This document shows, in pieces, positions 41,158 through 55,577 of a stretch of DNA of 64,000 bases. Numbering within the stretch: position 1 is the stretch's first letter; each line of letters begins with the position of its first letter. Under the pieces are notes generated by a model. The model was not told the origin of the DNA. It did no database searches and saw only the letters and a program-made list of their open reading frames with translations. Made by a program: the position numbers and the translations under genes. Source of the DNA: the human T2T-CHM13v2.0 reference genome, Homo sapiens. The stretch lies in assembly GCF_009914755.1 (NCBI RefSeq), contig NC_060947.1. One strand, 5' to 3'.

Positions 41158-43144
41158 AATACATACCTCCCAAATAAACCTGTTTACCACCAGTCATTTA
41201 ATGATGGTAAAGCTCAATTTTAAAATATTTTGAGAAACAAGACAAAACTTGGGTGGGGAAATCTAATTCTCTGTTACCCAAAGAAAAGTTAATTAATTCG
41301 TATTAACATTTGAAAAGACAAGATTAAAGTTTGTATCTTTTCCAAAGGTAATTTGTAGCATGTTCAATAGTAGCTGGCGTATACTGGCAAAAAAAAAAAA
41401 AAAAAAAAAAATCACTAATAAATTCATTCACAAATTGTAGATGATTTTCTTTTTCTAGAAATTTTAGCTTTTTAAATAAAGAACTGCCAGATTTTTAAGT
41501 TTCACTGAAAGTATCTAAAGCAAGCAGCAAGTAGCTATTGAGCTTGGTGAGATAATGACTATTTTCTTTAATTACCTTCCTACCAAATGTTGTGCTATTT
41601 AATATATTCTACACATAAATCATTCCAAAGACAAGATTCAAGCCATCACAGATTTACATTTCACAAAGAAATATAAATTACCCTTGTCTCTATTTTCCAC
41701 ATTGATGATCTGTGTAATGAGCTGAAGAGGTAAGACTCAGGAAACCATCTTCATTAACAGTAAACTAAGAACAATTAATAACATTTTTTAAAAGAAGGAG
41801 GAGAAGCCATTACCCGGGGCTCAATAATTGAATTGTGTAAACTTGCTGAAGCTTTACTCTAACTATAAATGTATTTGCAAGTAATTATCACCCACAGCAT
41901 AAATAACTTTATAATATTCTACCTGAGTCAACATTAGTCAGATTTGCAAAACACAAAGGAAAATAAGCAATTAGTTGATTCCTTATCCAAGAAAAGCATA
42001 TTACTTAGTTACAGATAAGTCCAAAATTCCCAGGGGAACGAGTGGGCAGAGACTGGTTCTGTACAGCCTATGACACAACTTCAGATGTGGCAAGCAGGTC
42101 CCCCGTTGACAGGAAAGCCACCTTCTGATAAACTGCAGCCCAAGCTTCCTTTACTTTTCTGAAAGCCCATAATAATAACACAGAGTTGTAAAATATGGAA
42201 GTCTGAGGGCTGGTATTATAACCTGAGACAATTTTGGGAATCTTCAAATGGGTAGTACCTGAAGTACACCTCTTGATTATTCCCAGAAGCAAATTTTCAG
42301 AAGATCTTCTGCCAAGAGCTTCAGATCTGTGAGAGAAAAACCTTGGGGGTGGGGGGTAGGGGGGAAGGTAGAGGAGCACATAACCATGCTGTGAAATTCC
42401 TGGGCTAAATATTCATTTCAAAACAATAAGATAGAAATGGAAACACTGAAATAGTCTATAAACTATCTAAATATTACCACTACATGATTTTTCATATGAA
42501 GCACTCATCTCTCTCCCTATCAAAATTTCTGGCTGCTTTGCTGAGTCCTATCAAATAATTATTGGGGACTCATTTTTCTGGAATGAACAGAGGGCAGGAT
42601 CGACTTTTCTAAAGTTGAAGTTTAGAGGAATGTCTGCATTTGAAATCTCACTTGTATAACACCCAGCCATCTTATTGCCCATGATTCTTGTGGACAAGAA
42701 ACCAACTAAGGCATGTGTTTGAATGATTATGGTCTCTAACCTTAGCCTGAGACTGGTAAATTGCCAGATGCTGACTCCTCACAAAAAGCATTTCTGCCTG
42801 GCTCAGTGTTAATTGTCACAGCTGTTTCTCTGAGTACGTATGGGATGTGGTGCCCTAGTTCTTCCTAGGAATGTGCTTCTTGAATGAAGGAAACACGTTA
42901 TCTGCTTCTTATCTGATTATATGTTTATAAATGCATACCTACTTCTAACCTTGTCCACAGGCCAATTTTGTATCAGCCGAAGGCACTCATTTGCTGTCTT
43001 AACTTTAGAAACTCTGTCCCAATAATTTAAGAAAGCCTAATCAGTAAAAGCCATCAAATTTCTAGGGAGAATTATTTTTTAATACACAAGGTGTTATTAA
43101 GTAGAGTGACTTGGTTTGTACCTTTTCCCTTTCATTTTCCATAG

Positions 43145-43514
43145 GCTACAGACTGAATGTTTGAGTTCCCCCCAACCCCCAATTCATATGTCGAAGCTCT
43201 AATTTCCAAGATGATGTTATTAGGAGGTGGGGCCTTTTGGAGGTGATTAAGTCATGAAGGTAAAGCCCTCATAAAAGGAATTAATGCCCTTATAAAAGAG
43301 ACTCCCCCCAATAGCACGCATCATCTTTCCACCAGGTGAGGATATAATGAGAAGATGGTTGTCTGCAACCAGAAGAGGGCTTGCACCAGGAACCAAATCA
43401 GCCGGCACCTTCATCTTGGAATTCCCAGCCTAAAGAACTGTGAGGAATAAATGTCTACCGTCTAAGCCACCCAGTCTATGGTACATTGTTACAACAGCTG
43501 AACAGACTAAGACA
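43145..43514 (+). mobile_element. MLT1A/MSTD-like solo LTR
   Basis: gactgaatgttt...aattcatatgtcgaagctctaa...acagctgaacagactaagaca. Confidence 0.85.
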
Positions 43515-44446
43515 TCATCTAAAAATGTCCATTCGCAACTGAAAGTGAACAATATTAATTATTTGTATATTACAAATAATATACAAAACATACCCGCCAT
43601 TTTATTTCTCCCTAAATTCTATGTGTAACAATCCTCTGGGAAACTGAGTACTTTTCTTCCTTCGTTGCCAGTAAAGATACCCTGTGATCTCGAGAGTTCT
43701 GCTATCAGTGGAGAGTAATCATTAAACAGAAAGCACCCCATGTGTAGTAAAAGACTCTACACATGGTTCTAGTTATACCACCCTGGATTGTTTATTTGCT
43801 GAAGAATCCCAATCCTTGGACTGGCTAACTTAGATTAAAGAGCCAGACCATCAATATCATATACAAAAAGCAGCAATATTTTTTATTTAAGTGTTAATTT
43901 TCATTTAAAATGTATATCTTTTAAAGCAATACATATGTACATTAGTCATCTATTTTTAGCTTTCAAATTCTACCATAGCATTGGCATTTGTGTCTATTTT
44001 TCAAATTAAAAAAACTGTTTTCCTGCTTGCTTTAAGGCCTACTCACAAGGTATTAGAGGATATGAGAAGCTGAAGTTCTGTGATCCAGCCACCCCACAGG
44101 CTGACACCTTGTTGGTACTTTCTAAGTAACATTTGGATATGCTCTTCTTTAAAAATTGGATTCAGGGGAAAATTAAATTTAGGACTTTGTGGTTGGCATA
44201 GGGGTAAGTGTTGAGAAATGTTCCTTTGGCTTGCATGAAGGAAAGAATATGGCCATCCGGAACCTTTTTTAAAAAAACAAACAAGCCTTTAATCTTCTTG
44301 TTATACTCAATTTCCTTTTGCATGGAGAGTGTGGCACTGGGGCTGCCTATTTGAAAGAACTGTAAGGAAACAATGAAGAAGAATGGCAAGGGGAGTGGCT
44401 CCCAGGGCCCTCTATTAGTTCCTATTCTTTATACAATGCATACAAA

Positions 44447-44447
<1 letters not shown>

Positions 44448-44490
<43 letters not shown>
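44448..44490. repeat. (CA)n microsatellite
   Basis: About 21 perfect units. Confidence 0.97.
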
Positions 44491-44491
<1 letters not shown>

Positions 44492-45819
44492 TTTTCTACC
44501 ACCACTTTCCATCCATGTACATTGTGTTCATCCATATCTGCTGTTCTCAATACTTCTTTTGACTTAGTTCACTCACACTGACTTTACATTTCTGAGGCCG
44601 GAAAGATTGCATCTCCCACATGCATTTATTTCTTTGCTCCGTGTGTTTTGAGAGTATATTTCCTGACCATCAATCTACCCCTTGTCTCCTTAGAGCAAAT
44701 GTAGTCTCCTTCTTTGGCATTTCCCATTGTTAGATAGGACAATGCTGGGGACAAAAGTACTCCATACATGCTTAAAGAACAAATGACACATTATCTGTCA
44801 TCAGAATTCTGAATCTGAATGTCCCACAACACTAACAATCTTTTCTTAGATGATGCCTGATATCTACGGACATTATGGACATTACGCATACAGAGAGTGC
44901 CTTAGGACCATATGTATGTGCAGAATGTGACATTTTTGCATGTTATCTTCATCCAGTTTAATCCTACTCCAACTCCAATTTTGAATACAATATTTGATTC
45001 CTTCTGCTGATGTCATCACCTAGTAATCCTGAACTTCTGCAGCAAGGCAACAAGGGACAATCACCTTACGGTAGCATATTTATCACTGTAGGTGATAAAC
45101 ATGGCAGAGCTTGCCTGTTACTTGTTGAGTTTCTTAGGGGGCCATTCAGGGATATGGCCGTATTGCTGTAGTTCAGCAGGTGAAAGGAACAGAATTGGAT
45201 GTCTGCCTTACTCGACTTTGTTTCAGAAAAGGGTGTGAGCTCTTGTTTCCCGGATATTTTTGAAGGACACTTGAGGGTTTCTTCCCCCACATTTATTAAG
45301 CTTTCATTGAAAGCAGTAGGTGAGACATCTAAATGTGTTTTTGTGTGGTTATCTAGAAGGAATATAACATCTAGGTACAAAAGTGAAATCTAAAGTTAAA
45401 GACTTGTATGCAAAGTTTTCATGATTATTTCAAGGTTCAGCAACACAAAACACACATCCCTAGCAGTGTCAGTGAAAATCTTAGTACATTTAAGAGATTG
45501 ACACGGTTCCCTGGTATGCCCGTCAGTTACAGAATTACACTGTGGTCCTGGCAGAGACTTCCACGTTTCACACCTTAAGCTACATAATCCTTACACACCC
45601 CCAACTGTTAACTATCTGGAGGGAAGGTACAGAGATTTGCAAATAAATATATTTGAAAGAGCTAAGGAATTATCCACAGGACTTACACTAGTGTCAGTCA
45701 TTGAAGAACAAAAAGTTTTACTACCGGATATGTGTTCTACATGAGTGATTTAGAAGCATTTTATGCACTCAAATGTCTCCAAGGATCCGAGGACAGTCAG
45801 GATGCATCAATGAATGCAT

Positions 45820-46305
45820 TACTTAGATATCTTTACTTTGTCCCCTCAACTCCTCTCTCCACACTTCTTTTCCCTGCTGTCTGCCAGGACACTGCAGTTC
45901 TGGACTGCATCAGCAAGGCCCCCATGCCCTCAGGCTTCCAATTGTGTTTGACCCATAAAGAGTATCTGCAGAAGATCAGTTAGACAGAGGAAATTGGGAT
46001 CTGGATATTTATGCCTCTGGCTCCCTTCCTGCTGTTTTGCCTTAGGCTAGAGGCATCCCTCAACCACCTTTTCCAGGCGGCAGGCTGTATGACAACTCAA
46101 AGACTCACCAGCTCCTTCCCTCTTCCAGCAACCATTCCCTCCCCACAAGCTGTCAAGCCTGAGTGGTAACAAGCTGGTTGCTACAAGTTACAGATAACTG
46201 CACTCTCCTTTGTGTTTCTCCTATGCTAACTTTGTCAATAAATCCTCCTCTAATTATCCTTTTTTTTGAGCGTGTCAACTGTTTTTTGTTAGAACCCTGA
46301 CCTAT
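45820..46305 (+). mobile_element. LTR33-like ERVL LTR
   Basis: ggactgcatcagcaaggcccccatgccctcaggcttccaattgtgtttgacc...agaaccctgacct; similar to 54610-55097. Confidence 0.65.
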
Positions 46306-47596
46306 GCATCCATAGGATAGAATGTCTGCATTTTTCAGGGCCTCTGTAGAACATCTAGGAGGCAGTGCATGCAGTAAAAGGTAGGTGGCAACCACTCACA
46401 ACATCAGCATGGAGTTTTGGGGCTGAGTTCCAGACTGGGGGATGCTGGTGGGGTGTGGCAGGGAGAGATAGTCAAATTTTTGCAATTTGTAATTTACCAC
46501 CATCATGGTGCACTTATTGCCTATTCCACAGGCAGGTGGAGAGAAGCTGCTGGACATGGAGCCAAGAAAACGGAACTCAGTCTCCCACTTCATGTCCCTT
46601 TCAGGGAACTATAGCCTGAGCTTGTAAGGCCCCTCATTGTCACAGTTCCTTGTGAAGGGTACCTTAGGCCATCTTTATGAGTAAGAAGTGAGTGTCCTTT
46701 GGAATGGTTTTCCCAAAATCTTTTAAATTCTGTAGGAAAATGTCAAGCAATAAAAAATTATAGGATGATATGTTTATGGTAAAGAGATGGTGTTTAAAAA
46801 CAGGAACTTTGCCCATGTATTTACTTAAATGAAGAAACATCAAATTACCTAATAGTAATACATGTTTTCTTAATGATATTGCATTAAGAATTGCAAAAGA
46901 TCATCTGTGTCAACCCGCCACCTACAAGGAAAACCACGTTTATTCCACTGAACCCTACCTACTGTAGAAGTTCTTCAGGGAAATGGCGATAAAAACAGTC
47001 TTCAACTTACCCTTGAAGTCTGCATTAGAACAGATATAAAGAGTTAACAGTTATTTTTGCAACTGAAGCTATAAAAGGGGTGACTATGGGATAGACCAGA
47101 TCAACATCCAGTCTCTAATAGAATGTTTTTCTTCCTGTCTCGCCCATCCAGCATTGGAATTCAGGAACTAGACACCTGCCTTATGTTTAATGTGTATATA
47201 TAGTGTCTAGGCTGATGAGAAAATGTCCTGGGAAGAATTTCTAAAACTAGTATATAATCATTTTGGTTCCTCAGCTTGATCTATCCATAGATCATCTTGG
47301 CTAGATTTTATTACACTGTATATCTAATGTTTAGACAGATATAGAACATTATTACTTGATTGGAAAAGCATTTTCTAAGCAAAGTAAGGATTTTTGCTGT
47401 ATCATGACATGGAGATATAGAAATTTGGGGCCAGGCCCTGACTCTGCCATCTAACACTTGTACCACAGGGGTTTGTCACCTTACCACCAGGGCTTTGGTA
47501 CACTCATGAAGGGATAGAGATAAATGATAAATAATGTTTTTTTCAGCTAAAACGATAACCCTATTATCTGAACATGGGAAGATGGAAGGTCTTAGA

Positions 47597-48085
47597 TGTA
47601 TAAGTCAGGATTCTGCTGAAATAATTCTCCATAATAACTTCAAAACTTGGTGGTTTATAACAATGAACATTTATTTCTACCTCAAGGATCTGAAGATCAC
47701 CTGTAACTCAGCTGGGCTCAGCTGACCTCAGCTCTAAGCTTCAACTTGGGTTCAGATTTGCTCCATATTTCTTTTCAATCTGGGACCAGAAACTACCCAA
47801 GCATGTTATTCTCATGGCTGATGGCAGAAATACAAAAGAAAGGAGCGAGAAGAAATACACAATATCTCTTAAGGCTTCAGCTGGGAACTGACACCCTTTC
47901 ACTTCTACCTACATTTCCTTGGCTGAACAAAGTCACATGACCAAGACCAAAGTCAATGGATCAGGGTATATAATCTGCTTACTCTCTTGAGAAGCACTGC
48001 AAAGTCACATGGCAAAGGATGTGGTAGTATAATTCTATTACAAGAAAGAAATTAAGAATTAGGAACATAAATCCAATCTGCTATC
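47597..48085 (-). mobile_element. Old MLT1 (I/J-like) LTR
   Basis: caaaacttggtggtttataacaa...ggctgaacaaagtcacatgaccaag. Confidence 0.7.
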
Positions 48086-49868
48086 CCACTGGCCATTGAG
48101 CATAGCCTATAATCTCTCAACTCTCCAGCTCTGATTGGTATGCTCCCTTCCTGTCCTCATATAGGGCAGTAAAGGTAAAGTTCATCATTGAACTTTACCT
48201 GCAAAGCAGAGCTACAGCTCTTTGAGAAGGAGCTACTGGTTGTCTGAGAGGAAGCACCCTGCTCTTGGCCAGTCACTTCAAGACAGCGCAGAGTTCGCAT
48301 CAGTGGTCTGAATCAGATGGGCATTTGTTGAGGACCCTCATTCATCAACATTCAGGACAGCAGAGAGCTGTCTTGAGACATTCTATTCACCCTGATGAAG
48401 CCCCAAATAATTCCATAACAGTCTTTAAGTTCCCCAGTAAAACACATTTCTTAGCTCTTCTCTAAAGTTCTCATACAAGAGATTCAATAGAAAACTGTGG
48501 ATGTTTCCTCAGTGACAGCCCCAGAAGGCCTAGCAGGGTGGTGGACTGCCAGAAATGCAAATTACCAGACTTGCGTCAACAGAAATCAGGAATTTCATCT
48601 CTCATTCAAGATCTATTGAGTCGTCTTGAAATCTGATCTTCATTCTGACTTGCTTGAAGATTTGCATCCAAGTCTGAGTCAGGAAAATCACCAAGCTACC
48701 CTTCTCAGAGATACTCAGACCCCTGTGGGGCATTCTCTTCCTTGTTCTCATTTTGACTCTTAGAATTATGGGTTGTAATGGAAATATTGGCATAATCTGA
48801 ACTTTAGCTGTGGACTGTACAAGGGGAACTCATGGCTGTAATTTTAATTTTTTTACATATAATCTGTCAATACATACACCCATAATGTAAACTTACTTGG
48901 TTTAGGTTTATAAATTGGGTGTTTTTGACAAAATCTAAGACCCTCAGGGAAGTCACTATGTCACTAACAAGTCAGTTTATTTAAGGAGCCATTAGTGAAA
49001 GAAAGGATGGGAGAGAAGAAGCTGAACTTGTATCTTTCTTCCAAGTCTCAATCCAAGAAATACACCTTCTTCAGATGGTGAGACCTCCCTTCTGTGGACA
49101 GTCATTCACCAAATCTGTAAGAAAACATCATGAGCTGTTTCCAGGCTGAATTAGAGCTATGACTTCATGCAGCTGCCTCACTTTCAGACAAGACAGTTTC
49201 AGTCAGATGATCTTGCTGGCCAGAAAAGGGGAGAAACTCTCCTATCAACAAGCTACTGGCCATTGGCCAACCTGGTCATCTCTCAATAGTGACGCAGGTT
49301 TAGAGCTACTCCTGGAAAAGCAGCTGTCTTCAAAGGATATGAAATGAGCTCATGCATGAAATAAGACTTGAGCAGAGATGTGATTCTGTTTATGTAATTG
49401 CTTTAATTAATACCCTCTCCATAAGCCATTCCAGTATATTTTGCTTATGAAAATTAATACTTTTAATGTTATGAGATAAAATCAGTAAAAAACAACTTTC
49501 CCTTTCAAGAGGAAATGGAGATTTAAAAAGGGAAATGCCCAATCAAAGTCAATCTTTGCCCCAAAGATTAATTTTAACATTCTATGATACTAACAATGGG
49601 TATTGTGGGTGACCATCATACTCACTTCTACTAGAACTGTCTTGGAAGAAACTTTCCCATTGATTAGTCAGTTCCTTTTCGAGATTTATTCATTCACTAT
49701 TTAGAATTCTTAACTATGTAAAATCTTATTATTTTAAATTGTATATGGATGTATTGGAATAATGTTCTTCATAGGGAGATGACAGTAGAAATAAATGCTT
49801 CTTTCCTTGATCATACCATACTTGTGATCTTGTGTTAATTATCTACTCCTGTGTCATACTAGTGACCT

Positions 49869-50432
49869 TGTGTTAATTATCTACTATTGGGTAACAAAAC
49901 CCCCAAAACTTAGTGGCTTAAAACAACATGTATTATCTCATACTTTCTGTGGGTCAGAAATCTGGGTGTGGTTTAGCTGGATCTTCTGACTCAGGATGTC
50001 TCACAAGGCTGCATTCAAGGTGTGGGCCAGGGCTGCAGTTTCATCCGAAGGCTCTACTAAAGAAAGTCTGCTTCCAAGCTCACTCACATGGTTGTTGACA
50101 GAATTCAGGTTCTCACAGATTATTGGATTGAGGGGCTCCAGTAATCACTGGCTGTTAATGAGAGGCTTCTCTCAGTTTCTTGCCAAATGGGCCTCTCCAG
50201 AAGGCAACCTTCAACCTGGCAGCTGGCTTCCCCAAGAGCAAGGTCTCCGACAGAAAGGAGGTGTATAAGAGGTCACAAGCAAAAAGGAAGTCAGATTTTT
50301 GTAACCTAATCTCAGAAGTGATATTCCATTACCTTTGTTGTATTCTGAGAAGCAAGTCACAAAGTCCAGCCCCACTCAAGGATGTAAATATAAGACAGAG
50401 ATCATTATGGGGCAGTTTAGAGGTTGGCTGAC
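49869..50432 (-). mobile_element. MLT1 (E/F-like) solo LTR
   Basis: tgtgttaattatctactattgggtaacaaaacccccaaaacttagtggcttaaaacaac...ttagaggttggctgaca. Confidence 0.8.
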
Positions 50433-51561
50433 AGCTCTTTTAGCCATTTAATAAAATACAGCTTGAGATAAAGAAAAAAATATTTATACAAACATACTAG
50501 AACTTAGAACATAAATATATGGTTCCTATTGAGCTAGGCAATTTATGAGGCTCTAACTGTTCTAATAATGCCACCTCTACTCAAATTATTTTTCAAATTA
50601 ATTTTTAAAATTATTTTTCAGAGTTGCCTTAAGTGCCTAAGTCACATTCTTTCCATTTGAATAATGGAAATAGTTAAAAGTCATTCAAATAAATAAGGTT
50701 AGTGATCAAGATCGGTAATGTTGTTTTTAGTGTTGGTTTTTGTAAGCATGAAATAAAAAGACTGATTTCCTTATGCAGTTCATAAATTGGCCTCAAAGGC
50801 AATGTCTAAAAAGGATTATTTTGATTTAACCTTCATTTGGATGCTTAAAACCTGGTACTTATCTGAAGATTTTCAATCTGCTTCCTTCATAGCTATGGTT
50901 TATGTGTTTACACTTTTTCCTCCACATCTGATATTCCAGGGCAAATATAAAGTATAGATCATGTTGGGGCATGCTGAGACAGAAGGAGGCACTGAGGAAA
51001 GAACCAGAATCCCCCAAGTGGGCTCCAGAGTACACTTTCTCTCACAAGCAGACAGAATACCTTTATAGCAGCATGCACTTGGATTATCTACTGTACATCT
51101 AAGACCCCGCTAAGGTTTGCGGTTGGAGTCAGTATGAGACTGACATGCCACATCCACACCCAGGAACCTCCTCAGAGCTGAGAGAAATCTGAGGAAAACC
51201 CGCAGCCACTAACCTTAACCTGGTTGGGAGGGGAAGAGACATTACATCACAAATAGGGGAATAGTTTTCTGGGGATCCATCCACTCACAATCCTCAGGAT
51301 TATAAACTGTTTATGAGCTTCATACTTGTGAAATAAATGCCTTCAATTTTGTCAAACTTAGCGTAACTGATTTCCATTAATCTCTATTTTCCTGGGCCCA
51401 GGGCAAGAGGTGAAAGGCTAGGCACTAGTTCTGTGCTGAACCTTGAGTCTGTGCAAAATGACCTCAAGCTCCATTTTTCCATTTCCTCTGGCCTCCCCTC
51501 CCCACTCCCACCCCTCTTTCCCTTTCCTCAAACCTAAAGAGCAAGCCTACAACCCTGATAC

Positions 51562-53535
51562 TGTCAGAGGCATTTGAACCACAGCAACTCCATGTTGAAT
51601 AGGGGCTGGGTAAAATAAGGCTAAAACCTACTAGGCTGCATTCCCAGACGGTTAGGCATTCTAAGTCACAGGATGAGATAGGAGGTCAGCACAAGATACA
51701 GGTCATAAAGACCTTGCTGATAAAACAGATTGCAGTAAAGAAGCCAGCTAAAACCCACCAAAACCAAGATGGTCATGAGAGTGACCTCTGGTCGTCCTCA
51801 CTGCTACATTCCCACCAGCGCCATGACAATACACAAATGCCACAGTAACATCAAGAAGTTACCCTATGTTGTCTAAAAAGGGGAGGCATGAATAATCTAC
51901 CCGTTGTTTAGCATATCATCAAGAAATAACCATAAAAATGGGCAACCAGCAGCCCTAGGGTTGTTCTGTCTGTGAAGTAGCCATTCTTTTATTCCTTTAC
52001 TTTCTTTTTTAAAAAATGTTTTATTTCCATAGGTTATTGGGGAACAGGTGGTGTTTGGTTACATGAGTAAGTTCTTTAGTGGTGATTTGTGAGATTGTGG
52101 TGCACCCATCACCTGAGCTACACACTCCACCCAATTTGCAGTCTTTTATCCCTCACCCTCTTCCCACCCTTTCCCCCGGAGTCCCCAAAGTTCACTGTGT
52201 CATTCTATGCCTTTGTATCCTTATAGCTTAGTTCCCACTTATAAGTGAGAACATACAATGTTTGGTTTTCCATTTCCAAGTTACTTCACTTAGAGTAATA
52301 GTCTCCAATCTCATCCTGGTCGCTGCAAATGCCATTAATTCATTCTTTTTATGGCTGAGTAGTATTCCATCGTATAGGTATACCACAATTTCTTTATCCA
52401 GTTGTCAATTGATGGGCATTTGGGTTGGTTCCACATTTTTGCAATTGCGAATTGTGCTGCTGTAAACATGTGTGTGCAAGTATCTTTCTTGTATAATGAC
52501 TTCTTTTCTTCTGGGTAGATACCCAGTAGTGGGATTGCTGGATCAAATGGTAGTTCTAATTTTAGTTATTTAGGGAATCTCCACACTGTTTTCCATAGTG
52601 GCTGTACTAGTTTACATTCCCACCAGCAGTGTAGAAGAAGTGTTCCCTGTTCACTGCATCCACTCCAACATCCATTATTTTTTTAATTTTTTGATTATGG
52701 CCATTCTTGCAGGAGTAAGGTCGTATTGTATTGTGGTTTTGATTTGCATTTCCCTGATCATTAGTGATGTTGGGCATTTTTTCATATGTTTGTTGGCTAT
52801 TTGTGTATCTTCTTTTGAGAATTGTCTATTCATGTCCTTTGCCTAATTTTTGATGGGATTATTTGGTTTTTTCTTGTTAATTTGTTTGAGTTCGTTGTAG
52901 ATTCTGGATATTAGTCCTTTGTCAGATATATAGATTGTGAAGATTTTCTCCCACTCTGTGGGTTGTCTGTTGACTCTGCTGACTGTTCCTTTTGCCATGC
53001 AAAATCTCTTTAGTTTGATTAAGTCCCAGCTATTTATCTTTGTTTTATTTCATTTGCTTTTGGGTTCTTGATCATAAAATCCTTGCCTAAGACAATATCT
53101 AGAAGGGGTTTTCCAATGTTATCTTCTAGGATTTTTATAGTTTCAGGTCTTAGATTTAAGTACTTGATTCCTCTTGAGTTGATATTTTGTATAAGGTGAG
53201 AGATGAGGATCCAATTTCATTCTCCTACATGTGGCTTGCCAATTATCCCAGCACCATTTGTTGATTAGGGTGTCCTTCCCCCATTTTATGTTTTTGTTTA
53301 TTTTATCGAAAATCAGTTGTCTGTAAGTATTTGGTCTTATTTCTGGGTTCGCTGTTCTGTTCCATTGGTCTACCTGCCTATTTTTATACCAGTACCATGC
53401 TGTTTTGGTGACTATGGCCTTATGGTATAGCTTGAAATCAGGCACTTTACTCTATGGACTTGCCCTAAATTCTTTCTTGCGTAAGATCCAAGAACCCTCT
53501 CTTGGGGTCTGGATCTGGACCCCTTTCAGGTAACA
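51562..53535 (+). mobile_element. MER41A solo LTR (51562-52006 and 53443-53535) split by L1PB
   Basis: tgtcagaggcatttgaacc start, ggacccctttcaggtaaca end; 4-bp TSD atac at 51558-61 and 53536-39. Confidence 0.9.
52007..53442 (-). mobile_element. 5'-truncated L1PB (PB1-like)
   Basis: ttttatttccataggttattggggaacaggtggtgtttggttacatg terminus; ORF2 peptide [22 protein letters not shown]. Confidence 0.92.
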
Positions 53536-53749
53536 ATACCTCTCTGGTAATGACTCTCCTGGATAGAGAACTGCATTACTACTCCATGCCCACATTCAGC
53601 AACAAACTTCTGAGCATAACATGGATTTGCCTTCATAAAACTAAGGTAACAGGATGATCTTAGCAAGTTTTGATATCTGGATTCCTTTCTCTGCCATTTC
53701 ACTTTGGTGATGAACCCTCCTGTTCTTCAGAGACCGGATTCTCTTACTA

Positions 53750-54232
53750 TTTGGTGGTGGATTGGCACACTGGTGGTCCCTGAATTTCCCTATACTTATG
53801 CCTTCATGTAGTTCCCTCCCGAAATGATTCTGAGTTTGACCAGGCACTATGTGACCAGCTTTGGCCAATAGGACATTAGCAAGCATGATGCAAGCAGAGA
53901 CCTAGTAAATGCTTGCACACTGGGACATGTCCTCTTAGAGAACTCAATGGAAGTCTCTTGCCGTGGTATAAGGAAGCTTAGGTTAGCTACTGAGTGTTGA
54001 GAGGCCACAGACAGAGAAATCCTAGAGGGTGAGAGGCCAGCTTGGATGTTTCTCACCTAAGCAAGCTCCCAGATGAATTCAGCTACATGTGTGACCTCAG
54101 CTATATGATGTGAAGCATAAGGTGGCCTGAGCTGAGCCTCATCAACCCTGAGAATCATTAGAAATGGTAAATTGTTGCTTCACACCAAGTTTTAGAGTGA
54201 CTTGTTATGCAGCAGAAGAGAAGTCAAACACT
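53750..54232 (+). mobile_element. Old MLT1 (H-like) LTR
   Basis: atgtgaccagctttggccaataggacattagcaagcatga...gacttgttatgcagcag. Confidence 0.7.
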
Positions 54233-54609
54233 TCCTTCTCTTCCCCAGCAGCAAATTAAGAAAGTGGAAAACAATTGTCTTTACATTTGAAAATTGATTG
54301 CTTGGTTTTAAGCATCTGAAGGCCTGAGATATGTTGTTTCATCTGCATTTCAAATTGTGGATTGGAAGATGAGGTTATTTGGGGAAGCATGTCTTCTTAT
54401 ACAGGTATAATTAAAGGAGGACTTAGTTTTCTGCAACTTCTAGAATTCCACTCTGGGAAGCAGCCAAGAAGAGAGGATCCCTTACTCCTTAATTCATCTC
54501 TTTCTCCTTTACCTTTTCTACTGACCAGGATCCAGCCTTTATTTCCCTTAACACTCACTCAGTTGATTCATCCATTTAGTGTTTTCTATTGTGTTAAAAG
54601 ATGTTCTGC

Positions 54610-55097
54610 TGACTATTTTCTCAGTTTGCTCTTCCAGTTCCATGTTTCTCCTTTCTCATTCCTTCTCTGTGCCCTGGGTTGACCTCTGTGGTAATGCAGC
54701 ACCTGGGTTCACCAGAACCCTGGTTTCTGATTGAGTTGGGCCAAGGGGCAGCACTCGCAGGAAATCAGAGGAATAGAGGAGAGTAGTCAGGAAGTGCATC
54801 CTAGCCCCACCCTACCTTCCTACAAGTCACAGTCTCCCTTATGGACAGGTAATCCCTCTCCCACAGCAAGAGCTCTCTCTAGGTTCTAGTAACGGTGGCC
54901 TCTCCCTGCCCCTTTAAACCTTGGGTGGTAATGGATTCCTACTTTTGTTAGTCCCTGGCGTGCATCACCAACCTTGGTGGTTCCATTAACCCTGTCCACA
55001 ATTCTATAAAAGGATCTTTTTCTCATCAATCACCCCTTGAGTGTGCCATCTGTAACCTATTGGTCACATCTGTTTCCTCAAGGACCTTGACTGATAA
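54610..55097 (+). mobile_element. LTR33-like ERVL LTR
   Basis: ttctctgtgccctgggttgacctct...gagttgggccaaggggcagcac...ggaccttgactgata. Confidence 0.65.
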
Positions 55098-55245
55098 AAA
55101 TGCTAACTAACTAATTATACTTATTGTAAAGACATTTTCAATTTCTTACTAGAGACATGCATAACTGTTAATAATATCTTCTTACCTACATAAAGCCAAG
55201 AGCCCCGTTGCTAAGTTGGTATCATTCCAGTGAACAGCAGAGGAG

Positions 55246-55577
<332 letters not shown>

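Noticed and set aside
42345-42368. G-run cluster (possible G-quadruplex)
   Set aside because: Short and isolated, with no functional context.
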